Below are positions 36,781 to 45,388 of a DNA stretch of 64,000 nt, piece by piece; position 1 is the first letter of the stretch, and every line of letters begins with the position of its first letter. Position numbers and translations under genes: made by a program. The notes under the pieces are model-generated. The model searched no databases, was not told where the DNA came from, and worked only from the letters and a program-made list of their open reading frames with translations. This stretch comes from Candidatus Woesearchaeota archaeon (lineage in GTDB: Archaea > Nanobdellota > Nanobdellia > Pacearchaeales > GW2011-AR1). Location: the NCBI GenBank assembly GCA_964514585.1, contig CAZETU010000006.1:1-64000 (forward strand), read 5' to 3'.

Positions 36781-38206
36781 CTTGGTTTTGGTTCTTTTGA
36801 TGGGAAGTGTTAGTGCTGGATTTTTTAGTGATGATATTCAGTTTTCGGTTTCTCAGAAGGATTATTTTTTTTTGGTTGGTCAGGAGTCGGGACTGGAGTT
36901 TAATATTAGTAATGATTTGGGTCGGGATGTTTCTGGGATGATTACTTATGCTTTGAGTGGGCCTGGGGTTTCTAATGTGCAGAGTGCTTCTTATACCGTG
37001 AAAGATGGGGAGAGTAGTGAGGCGGTTGGATTTGGTATTGTCTCTTCTCCGACTGATATGGTTTTGAATTTGAAGTTTACTTATGATGATATGGAGGTTG
37101 TTTTGGATGATATTGGATTACATTTTGTTGAAAAGCCCGAGGAGCAGCAGAATGAGGAGGATAAGCAGAAGAGTAGCGAGGAGAAATCAGAGAGTCAGCA
37201 ACAACAGAGTCCAAGTCAACAACAGCAGAGTCAGCAGTCGATGCAACAGAAGGTGTCGAATAGTCAGGCGGCGCAGAGTGGGCAGGAATTGAAGGAGCAT
37301 ATGAATCGGGATGCGGAGAAAGCTGAGGCGGCTAAGCAGGAATTTATGGAGAATTTGCAGAAGAATGAAGAGTTGATGAAAGAGCATCAGGAATTGGCTG
37401 ATCAAGGATTTGAACAGAGTGGCGGTGAGTTGAATCCTAAGGATGGGGATTCAAGTTCTGGGGATTTTAAGTTTGATTACGAAGACAGTGAGGGGAATGA
37501 GGCAAGTTTAGAGGGGCGAATGGAGAATGGGACTTTGACTGATTTAAAGAAGACTAATAGTGCTGAGCAGAAAAAGTTGGAGAGTTTGGTTAGGGCGGAT
37601 GAGAGGTTTATTGATTTGGATGAGAAGCTGAGCTCTACAGGATTTTCGGAGAAGGGCGTTAGTTATTCTAATTTTGAGAATACAAGTGTTGTTAGTTTTA
37701 ATTATACTGATGAGTTTGGGAATGAGGAATCTGTTGTTGCTGAGGTTGAGAATGATGTTGTAAAGAAGGTATACCTGGATAAGGAGCGGAATTATTTTTG
37801 GATGTGGGGGCTTTTGGCTGTTCCGATTTTTTTGGTGTCGGCTTATTTTTTGAAAAGGAAAAGGAAAATGGTTGGACTTGATGATCCGATGCCTAAAAAG
37901 GTTAAGCCGTTTAATTATAGGGGTGAGGCTCGTAAGTTGTTGAAGAAAGCTGGGGTGGAATTTGAGAAGAATAATTTTAAGGATGCTTATGGGTTGGCGA
38001 ATCAGGGAATTAGATTATTTTTGTCGTATAAGAATGGGTTGAATAAGGAGTTGACGAATTATGAGATATTGAAGGGGATTGATGGATTACCTAAGGAGAC
38101 GTCGGAGATTTTTGATTTGTGTTGCTTGGTTGAGTTTGCGAAGTATAAGCCAAATCGGAAGGATTTTGGGGAGATTGTTTCTTTTGGGGAAAGAATTGTT
38201 GGGTAG
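36755..38206 (+). CDS. Membrane protein with Gln/Glu-rich segment (last gene of the MoxR operon, BatD/DUF4129-like)
   Basis: Signal peptide, QQQ low-complexity block, one TM, C-terminal LT..E...FAKY domain. Confidence 0.6.
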   Translation: MVRVGLFSSLVLVLLMGSVSAGFFSDDIQFSVSQKDYFFLVGQESGLEFNISNDLGRDVSGMITYALSGPGVSNVQSASYTVKDGESSEAVGFGIVSSPTDMVLNLKFTYDDMEVVLDDIGLHFVEKPEEQQNEEDKQKSSEEKSESQQQQSPSQQQQSQQSMQQKVSNSQAAQSGQELKEHMNRDAEKAEAAKQEFMENLQKNEELMKEHQELADQGFEQSGGELNPKDGDSSSGDFKFDYEDSEGNEASLEGRMENGTLTDLKKTNSAEQKKLESLVRADERFIDLDEKLSSTGFSEKGVSYSNFENTSVVSFNYTDEFGNEESVVAEVENDVVKKVYLDKERNYFWMWGLLAVPIFLVSAYFLKRKRKMVGLDDPMPKKVKPFNYRGEARKLLKKAGVEFEKNNFKDAYGLANQGIRLFLSYKNGLNKELTNYEILKGIDGLPKETSEIFDLCCLVEFAKYKPNRKDFGEIVSFGERIVG

Positions 38207-38253
38207 CCAAAACTTTAAATATCGTAACTATCTTATAATGATAGTACTTTAAA

Positions 38254-39258
38254 ATGACACTTAAATACGATAATGCGCAGATAAATAGAATAGTTGCAGC
38301 CTTTGCTGAGACTTCTGATTTGCAAGATCGTAAGGGTTTGGATTATTCTATGACTGCGAGAAAACGGATTATTGCTAGAGAAGAGGGGCTTCGTGGTTCT
38401 GATATTGATAGAATTCTTTATGGAACTGAGTTGTTTGTTGAGGGAATTTCTGAGGTTGAAAAATTGGGTATTCTTAGTGTATATAATTCTGGCGAATCAA
38501 GTGTTAGAAAAATAGCAAAGAGTAATGGGATTAGTACTGCTAAGTTATATAGGGTGCTTAATGAAATGGATAAGCAGGAGGGGCAAGATGTTAGTTGGAG
38601 AGGTCAGCCTAAGGTACTTGCGAATTATCATGCTGGTCGATTAGAAGATGTTGTTGAGCCTGCTACTATTAAGACGCATAGAAGGGGAAGGGGAATTTGG
38701 CCACGTGTTGCAGCTGCGGTTGTTTTTGGGGCGTTGACTTTGTATGCGGCAAAATCGGCTGCTGAATATGCTGGATCTAAAGCAGTTGATATTGTTAGAG
38801 GCAGGGAAACGAAGCAGGTTCATGTCGTAGAAAGACTACCTGGTCATGTTTTTGTTATTAAGGGGAGTGAAATGACTCAGAAATCTTATGGATTAGAAGA
38901 AAGCTTGCATCTTGGAACTGCTAGGATTTTAGATACATCAGAAGAAATTGCAGATGAAGATAGGAGACTACTTGTTTCAAGAGGAGGAAAATTTATTGTT
39001 GATGAGTATGGGTTGAAAGATAATTCCTCTGAACCTTTAGGGAAGGCTGAAATTAAAAGTAGAACTCTTGGTAAGGTTGCGGTTCATAGGGGACAGGAAT
39101 TTGAGAATGAAGAACTTGGGCTCAAGGAATCGCCTTCGAGATTGATTGTAAAAAAACCTCTAAAAAGAAATGCTGCTAATGTACAAATTATAAGAGGGGA
39201 CAAGGTAACTAATGAAACTCTTTGGCTTGGTGGTGGTATTTTAGCCTCTTCAAATTGA
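38254..39258 (+). CDS. Hypothetical membrane-anchored protein with an N-terminal HTH-like segment
   Basis: SVRKIAKSNGISTAKLYRVL HTH-like; hydrophobic VAAAVVFGALTLYAA. Confidence 0.5.
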   Translation: MTLKYDNAQINRIVAAFAETSDLQDRKGLDYSMTARKRIIAREEGLRGSDIDRILYGTELFVEGISEVEKLGILSVYNSGESSVRKIAKSNGISTAKLYRVLNEMDKQEGQDVSWRGQPKVLANYHAGRLEDVVEPATIKTHRRGRGIWPRVAAAVVFGALTLYAAKSAAEYAGSKAVDIVRGRETKQVHVVERLPGHVFVIKGSEMTQKSYGLEESLHLGTARILDTSEEIADEDRRLLVSRGGKFIVDEYGLKDNSSEPLGKAEIKSRTLGKVAVHRGQEFENEELGLKESPSRLIVKKPLKRNAANVQIIRGDKVTNETLWLGGGILASSN

Positions 39259-40611
39259 TTTTTCTACATAGATTTTGTCTTTATCTAACTCGTAACCTAA
39301 TTTTTTGTAGTATTCTCTGACGCCGACTCCCGAGATTACGATGACTTTTTTGTAACCTTTTCGTTTGGCTATTTTTTCAGCTTCTTGCATTAGTTCTTTT
39401 CCGAGACCTTTGTGTTGCCATTCTTGGTTTGCTGATTGTCCTAGTTTTAGGGTTGGGCCGTAGACATGGAGTTCTCTTATTATTGCTGGGGAGTTTTTTT
39501 CTAAACGAAGACGCAAGAGTCCGAATAATATGTTGTCTTTATTTACTGCTTCTATGAAATATTCTGTTGCGCCTGAGGCTTTGTATTTTGTTTTCTTGAT
39601 TTTAATTTTCGTATCAATTTTTCTGTTGTCTCTAAGAGCGAAACCTATTTCTCTGAATCTTATTTCTTTTATTTTGACTTTTGATTTACGGATTTCTTCT
39701 TCTATGTCTTTTCTCATGTCGATGTTTTTGATTCCGGCAATTAGATATGCTGGAGGGATTTCTCGCATGATTCGCATGATTCGGCAATACTCTGGAGTTA
39801 GTTTTAGCATTTCGATTACAATTTTAGATGCTTGTTCTTTTGAATATGGAACGTATTCGCTGTTGTAATATAGATTTTCTAGACCTGATCCTTTTAGGAC
39901 TTGGCAAGGGTAAATTTTGATTTGGTCTGGTTTGAAATCTTGGGATTTGAATAGTTGTTTGAACATTTGGATGTCTTTTTTGGGGTTGCTTCCTGGTATA
40001 CCTGGCATTATGTGGTAGCCGATTTTAAAGCCTGCTTGTTTTAGTCGTTTTGTTGCGTCGATTACGTCCCCCACTTTGTGACCTCGGTTTACTTTTTTAT
40101 AGATTTTGTCGTCTATGGCTTGGACTCCGAGTTCGACTCTTGTAGCTCCCCATTTTAACATGTCTTGGATATGTTTTTGAGAACAGACGTCTGGTCTTGT
40201 TTCGATACAGAGAGCGGTGCATCTGTTTTTTGCTGTTTCATTTATTTTTTTTGCTTGTTCTAAGGTTTTTGATTTTCTATTATTGAGGGCGTCGTAGCAA
40301 TCTTTTACGAATTTGAACTGGAATTTTTCGGGATAAGAAAGGAAGGTTCCGCCCATTATGATTAGTTCGATTTTGTCTGTTGGGTGCCCCATTTCTTGGA
40401 GAGCTTTTAGTCGGGTTTGAACTTGTTTGAATGGGTCGTACTGGCATTGTTTTGCTCTTAGGACGGCTGGGGATTCTGGAGTGTAGGATTGTGGGGCGTT
40501 TAGTGAGGGACAGTAGAGACAGGCGCCGTGGTCGCATTTTCTTGGTGGGAGCATTACTGCTAGAGGGGCTACGCCGGAAATTGTTCTTGTTGGTTTTCGT
40601 TTGGGGTTCAT
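39250..40611 (-). CDS. elp3: Elp3 tRNA uridine(34) acetyltransferase (radical SAM + GNAT)
   Basis: RTISGVAPLAVM, C.HG.C.YCP, IETRPD, RVELGVQ, HIMPG.PGS, KIYP, RELHVYG, QH.GLG, VISGVGVREYY. Confidence 0.95.
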   Translation of the reverse strand: MNPKRKPTRTISGVAPLAVMLPPRKCDHGACLYCPSLNAPQSYTPESPAVLRAKQCQYDPFKQVQTRLKALQEMGHPTDKIELIIMGGTFLSYPEKFQFKFVKDCYDALNNRKSKTLEQAKKINETAKNRCTALCIETRPDVCSQKHIQDMLKWGATRVELGVQAIDDKIYKKVNRGHKVGDVIDATKRLKQAGFKIGYHIMPGIPGSNPKKDIQMFKQLFKSQDFKPDQIKIYPCQVLKGSGLENLYYNSEYVPYSKEQASKIVIEMLKLTPEYCRIMRIMREIPPAYLIAGIKNIDMRKDIEEEIRKSKVKIKEIRFREIGFALRDNRKIDTKIKIKKTKYKASGATEYFIEAVNKDNILFGLLRLRLEKNSPAIIRELHVYGPTLKLGQSANQEWQHKGLGKELMQEAEKIAKRKGYKKVIVISGVGVREYYKKLGYELDKDKIYVEKSI

Positions 40612-40721
40612 GGAATAAAAAGAGGTTTAAGGTTTAAATGTTTGGTGGAGGTTGGATATGTTGTAATTCTAAAGTAGCTACAAACAGAAAGTTTTATAAA
40701 GTGCTTGTTTTTATATTGGTT

Positions 40722-43652
40722 ATGAAAAAAATAACGACTAGCATACTCGCTTGTTTGTTTGTTTTAGTTTTATCTGTTTCTCTCGTCGCTGCTGTTGATG
40801 TTGAGGTTGCGAGTGATTGTAGACTTGAGGGTCGAAGTTGGTCTTTTTGGTCTGGTTGGAAATCATGGACTCCTACAACTAACTGTAATATGTTTAGCCA
40901 ATGTAGGATAAATTGTGATTCTGTTGTTGTAACTGATGCGAGTGATTGTTATAATAAGAGTGAGGTTGAGGGCTTGATTGGTGTGAGTGGTGAGGCTTTG
41001 ATGAGTGATGTTGATTTGATATATTATAATATGAGCGAGATTGATTCTTTTTTGGTTGAGATAGGGGATGCTTTGGATGAGATGAACCATGGGACTTTGA
41101 ATTTGTTTCATCAGTTTGATTATGATAGGTTGCATGTTTGGGGTGAGGCTCCTGTGGATGCGGTGAAGGTTAGGGTTTGTATGAAGGGCGGTGTTTCGAT
41201 TGGAGCTGCTGAACTTGATAGAGATAATAATTGTATTGGTGAAAAAAAGTTGGGTGTTAATGAAGATAATTTTTACAGGACGACTTTTTATCCTTTGAGT
41301 GATTTTGATGATGATATGTATAATGTTGTTGTTTTCTTCTATGAAAGTAATACTGATTATTTGAATTATAATCCGATTTCGCAGGCGACTGTTAGTGCTC
41401 CGTTTTTGGGTTTGTATTTAGAAAAATTGAAGGGTGATATTGAGGATTTGGAGTTGAACTTGAGTGTTCTTTCTGATGACCTTGTTGAGGCTGAAAATGA
41501 TATTGAGGAATTGCAAGTTAGGTTTGATGAATTGAATGTGAGTTTGAATGATTTGTATGATATTGTTGAGAACTTGGGGATTGAGGATATTGATGGTTTG
41601 CAGGATGCTCTTGATGGTTTGCAGGGTCAGATTGATGATATTAACAGTGAGATTGATGATATTTGGTTTATGCTTGCTGATATGAATCATGGGACTGTGA
41701 ATTTGTTTCATGTTTTGAATGTTGATGATAATAAGCTTCGAGTTTGGGGCGAGGCGCCTGAGGGTGCTAAGAGAGTTAAGGTTAGGTTTTGTCCTTTTGG
41801 TGTTGAGCCGACAACTTGCAGGAAGAATGGAATTTATGTTGGTGCTGATGTTGTTGTTAAGGTTGGCGGGGATAATGCACACTGGTATAATTCTTGGACT
41901 GATTTGAGTGGTTATGATAATGGAATGTATAATATTTATTCGACTTTCTATGATAATAATGGGAAGTGGATGAACGGGTTCAATACTGGTGCGATTTTTA
42001 CTGGATTGTCTGGATTTGGATTCACTGATGTTGATATGGATTCGCAGATTGCGACTTATTTGTCTAATAATGTTTGGGGTGAGATTCGTTATGATGTTGT
42101 TTTGGATGAAACTTTGGCTAGCGGGACTGTTAGAGTTTTGAGTACGGATGGTTCTATTAATCAGACTTTGAGAACTCAGTCGTTTTTTGCTGGAGATGTT
42201 TATCATTTGGGTGATGATATTGAATTTGATGCTTTGGGCGAATATGAGTTGTATTTGGTTATTGATGGAACTGATTGGATGAGTTATGCTGTTAATACTT
42301 CTGTTGTTGATATTGCTCCGACATCTGACATTACGATTGTTTCGCCGACTGTTAATAATGGTGGTGTTTATTGGTTTAATCCTGACTTTGTTTCTGAGGT
42401 TGTTTTGGAAGCTATTGTTTTGGCTTCGACTGAGGAAGAAATGTATAGTTATGTTGTTGATGGGATTGGGAGCACGCGAACTTTTATGGATGAGTGGAAT
42501 GTTAACGGTACTGATATGACTGGTGTTGTTTTTGATAGTTTTGATTTTGAGGAAGAAAGGGTTTATGATTTGACTGTTGATGCGACTTTGGGACATGGTA
42601 GTGATAATATTTTGGTTGGTGTTGATTGGACTGCGCCTGTGATTTATGATATTGTTCCTTATAGTGGGGCTTATGCTGGTACTATGTTTGTTTTTGTTAA
42701 TGCTAGTGATGAGGCTAGTGGGATTGAATCGGTTTGGATTGATTTGATTGCTAAGGATAATGCTTCGATTGTTTATACTTTGGAAGGTGAATTGAATTCG
42801 TCTACTGGTTTTTACGAGGCTGAGTTTGATAGTTTGGCTATGAATATTAGTGATGGGAATTATAATATTAGTGTTGTTGCGACTGATTATGCTGGAAACA
42901 GTGTTAGTGGCTTGGTTGATCCGATTATTGATAATAGTGCTCCTTTGATTATGGCTCCGTTTATTAACGATGTTTATACTGATGACTACTTGATGAGAAT
43001 TGGCGCTGAGATTATTGATGTGCCTGCTGGTTTGGATTATGCTTATGCTTTGTTATCTGGTGCGAATGGTTTGGTTGACGAGAGAATTGATTTGATTTGT
43101 GATGCTAATGATAATTGTATGGGGAGTTTTGCTGATTCTACTTTTGTTAGTGGGGAATATAGTTTGATGATTTTTGCTTATGATAATGCTGGGAATTCTA
43201 GAACTTTGAGTCATACTGAGAATGTAAGTGTTGGCGCTAGACCTATTGTTGTTATCCCTTCTAAAAAGAAGAGTAGTGGGAGTGGTGGCTCTGCTGCTGA
43301 TGAGGACCCCTTAAAAGTCTGTGGTGTTGAGAATTGGGATTGTTCGCTTTGGAGTACGTGTGGAGAGAGTGGTGTGCAGTTTAGAACTTGTGATATGATT
43401 GGAGAATGTGAGGCTAATGAGAGCGCGTTTATTCCTACCTTGAGTCAGTCTTGTATTTTCATTGCTGAAGAAGAGCCTGCTGTTGAGGAATCTGTTGCTG
43501 AGACTGTTGAAGATGATGCTCCTAAGCCTGGATTTTTGGCTGCTATTACTGGTGCTGTTATTGGTGGTGGTGCGGCTAGTTGGATTGTTGGCGTCTTTAT
43601 TGTTTTGATTCTTGGATTGACAATTGTTGTTATTTACAAGCGAAGGATTTAG
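40722..43652 (+). CDS. Large membrane-anchored surface glycoprotein (duplicated head domain, coiled-coil stalk, Ig-like repeats, ITGA + TM)
   Basis: Signal peptide MKKITTS; MNHGT(L/V)NLFH repeated 600 bp apart; D.AGN Ig motifs; Cys-rich W.CS.WS.C; FLAAITGAVIG, TM, KRR. ATG 40722 chosen from TATA spacing. Confidence 0.85.
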   Translation: MKKITTSILACLFVLVLSVSLVAAVDVEVASDCRLEGRSWSFWSGWKSWTPTTNCNMFSQCRINCDSVVVTDASDCYNKSEVEGLIGVSGEALMSDVDLIYYNMSEIDSFLVEIGDALDEMNHGTLNLFHQFDYDRLHVWGEAPVDAVKVRVCMKGGVSIGAAELDRDNNCIGEKKLGVNEDNFYRTTFYPLSDFDDDMYNVVVFFYESNTDYLNYNPISQATVSAPFLGLYLEKLKGDIEDLELNLSVLSDDLVEAENDIEELQVRFDELNVSLNDLYDIVENLGIEDIDGLQDALDGLQGQIDDINSEIDDIWFMLADMNHGTVNLFHVLNVDDNKLRVWGEAPEGAKRVKVRFCPFGVEPTTCRKNGIYVGADVVVKVGGDNAHWYNSWTDLSGYDNGMYNIYSTFYDNNGKWMNGFNTGAIFTGLSGFGFTDVDMDSQIATYLSNNVWGEIRYDVVLDETLASGTVRVLSTDGSINQTLRTQSFFAGDVYHLGDDIEFDALGEYELYLVIDGTDWMSYAVNTSVVDIAPTSDITIVSPTVNNGGVYWFNPDFVSEVVLEAIVLASTEEEMYSYVVDGIGSTRTFMDEWNVNGTDMTGVVFDSFDFEEERVYDLTVDATLGHGSDNILVGVDWTAPVIYDIVPYSGAYAGTMFVFVNASDEASGIESVWIDLIAKDNASIVYTLEGELNSSTGFYEAEFDSLAMNISDGNYNISVVATDYAGNSVSGLVDPIIDNSAPLIMAPFINDVYTDDYLMRIGAEIIDVPAGLDYAYALLSGANGLVDERIDLICDANDNCMGSFADSTFVSGEYSLMIFAYDNAGNSRTLSHTENVSVGARPIVVIPSKKKSSGSGGSAADEDPLKVCGVENWDCSLWSTCGESGVQFRTCDMIGECEANESAFIPTLSQSCIFIAEEEPAVEESVAETVEDDAPKPGFLAAITGAVIGGGAASWIVGVFIVLILGLTIVVIYKRRI

Positions 43653-43704
43653 GTTTTATTTCTATAATAAAAAGAATTTTAAGGCTTGTGTGTTTGGTGA
43701 ACTT

Positions 43705-44289
43705 ATGAAGCAGAAAGAAGTTTGGGATGCTATTGCTGGGAAGTGGAGTGAGTTTAGAACTCGGCCTGCTGATGAGGTTGTTGAGTTTTTGAAAGGGAAG
43801 CATGGGAAGGTTTTGGATTTAGGATGTGGGAGTGGACGGCATTTTGTTGAGGGGGATTTGGAATTTTATGGGGTTGATTTTTCTAAAAAGTTGTTGGAAA
43901 TTGCCAAAGAGAAGGGTTATGTTGAATTGAAAAAGGGGGTGACTGATTCTATCCCTTATGATGATGAATTTTTTGATTTGGTGATTTTTGCTCGGGTATT
44001 ACATTGTGTTGAAGGTGAAAAAACAAGGATTGAAACGTTGAGAGAGATTTATCGTGTTTTGAAAAAAGATGGGGAAGCTGTGGTTTCGACTATTGGGCGG
44101 AAGAATCAGAGGGTGAAGAATAAGCCTAAAGAGGGAATTTTGCCGTGGACTGTTGGTGGGGGAAAATATGAGAGGTATAATTATATTTATGATAAGAGTG
44201 AGCTTGAAGGGCAGTTGAGGGATGTGGGTTTTGAGATTGTTTCTTTGGAAGAGAGAGATAATATTATTGCGGTTGTTCGGAAGAAATAG
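43705..44289 (+). CDS. Class I SAM methyltransferase, Trm9/ALKBH8-like
   Basis: VLDLGCGSGRH, GVDFS, VLH, LREIYRVLK.DG, PW...Y.RYNY...EL resembling Trm9 family motifs. Confidence 0.7.
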   Translation: MKQKEVWDAIAGKWSEFRTRPADEVVEFLKGKHGKVLDLGCGSGRHFVEGDLEFYGVDFSKKLLEIAKEKGYVELKKGVTDSIPYDDEFFDLVIFARVLHCVEGEKTRIETLREIYRVLKKDGEAVVSTIGRKNQRVKNKPKEGILPWTVGGGKYERYNYIYDKSELEGQLRDVGFEIVSLEERDNIIAVVRKK

Positions 44290-44293
44290 GAAA

Positions 44294-44548
44294 CTAGGCT
44301 GCACGTAATGCTGACCTGTAGGCTTCGATGCCATTTTGAAAATTTGTACAAACTTTTTGGATGGCCTCATATGTCCTTTCGGTGATCCTGTATATATGAT
44401 CTTCCCCCCATTTACTTTCTCTTAATTCTGTAAGTGTTCTTGTCATTCTGATTCGGCGAGCATTATTTCTATCGAATACTTCTTTTAGAACTTTTAATCC
44501 TGCTTCAAGTTGGCCTTTGGGCATTTGTCTTAATTGTCTTTCGTCCAT
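44294..44548 (-). CDS. Hypothetical small helical protein
   Basis: MDERQLRQM... starts 22-25 nt after a TATA-like element; the longer ORF call (44731) overlaps the neighbouring gene. Confidence 0.5.
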   Translation of the reverse strand: MDERQLRQMPKGQLEAGLKVLKEVFDRNNARRIRMTRTLTELRESKWGEDHIYRITERTYEAIQKVCTNFQNGIEAYRSALRAA

Positions 44549-44613
44549 ATGTTTTGATAGTATCTTAAATTTATAAATATTTATGAGGTGAGAAGAGAAC
44601 AATGTTAATGTTA

Positions 44614-45075
44614 TTATTCGGAAGTCTTCCTGATTTGGATCATGTCGTTTAATGAACCTTCCTCTTTCTTTTGGATTTCTCCTGTGTGGGCGTCTAGATT
44701 CATTCGGTTCATGTCCATTCCGTTTAGGCAAGTTAAGTTCCAGATTCCGTTGTGGAGGACTGCGATTATTTTTGGGTAATCTTTTCCTGTTTTTTCTTTG
44801 ATGTGATTTTTAAGTTCACAGATGTCTACTTTAAGATTTAGATTTTTGATTTCTTTTTGGTCGTAAATTTCTTCTTGGTGATTTGTTATAGAAGCGAAAG
44901 GCATTGCGAATGATGAGAGTTTGTCTTGGTTAGGGAGAAAGAAGTTTAGGTCAATTTTGTCGGCGTCGCCTAAGATGAACATTGCGGAGCAGAAGAATGC
45001 TTCTGGGTTTTCTTCTTTGAATTTTTTGTAGTTTTCTTTCTCTTGTAAATCTTGGAGTAATTCTTTTACTTTCAT
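44614..45075 (-). CDS. Hypothetical protein
   Basis: 153-aa ORF with typical codon style. Confidence 0.65.
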   Translation of the reverse strand: MKVKELLQDLQEKENYKKFKEENPEAFFCSAMFILGDADKIDLNFFLPNQDKLSSFAMPFASITNHQEEIYDQKEIKNLNLKVDICELKNHIKEKTGKDYPKIIAVLHNGIWNLTCLNGMDMNRMNLDAHTGEIQKKEEGSLNDMIQIRKTSE

Positions 45076-45106
45076 AGCAAAATGGGGAAAGATTGGTTTA
45101 AAGACT

Positions 45107-45367
45107 TTATGAAAAGAGTTTTGAGATGATTATTAGTTCCATTAGGGAGACGATTAGAAGGATATATGATGCGGCTGAATATCGTTGTCGGAGATCGATC
45201 ATTTCTTTTTTGGCGTCTTCGGGTGAGAACGGGCTTTTTGTCATAACTTCGACTTTGAGATCTGAGATTCTGGCCATGTCTGCGACTAGAATTTGGGATA
45301 AGAAAACAAGGCCTAAGATAAGTGTTACAATGGCCTGAAATACTAAGACAAATTTTCCCCACCTCAT
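45107..45367 (-). CDS. Small two-TM membrane protein
   Basis: Two hydrophobic helices in 86 aa. Confidence 0.6.
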   Translation of the reverse strand: MRWGKFVLVFQAIVTLILGLVFLSQILVADMARISDLKVEVMTKSPFSPEDAKKEMIDLRQRYSAASYILLIVSLMELIIISKLFS

Positions 45368-45388
45368 AATATTATATAGAAGAGAAGT

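Noticed and set aside
41418-42596. Long antisense ORFs (also 13123-13953, 35237-35704, 33727-34212 and many others)
   Set aside because: They lie opposite well-supported genes and arise from the G/T-rich codon bias, which depletes stops on the reverse strand; the translations are Asn/Ile/Gln-rich with no motifs.
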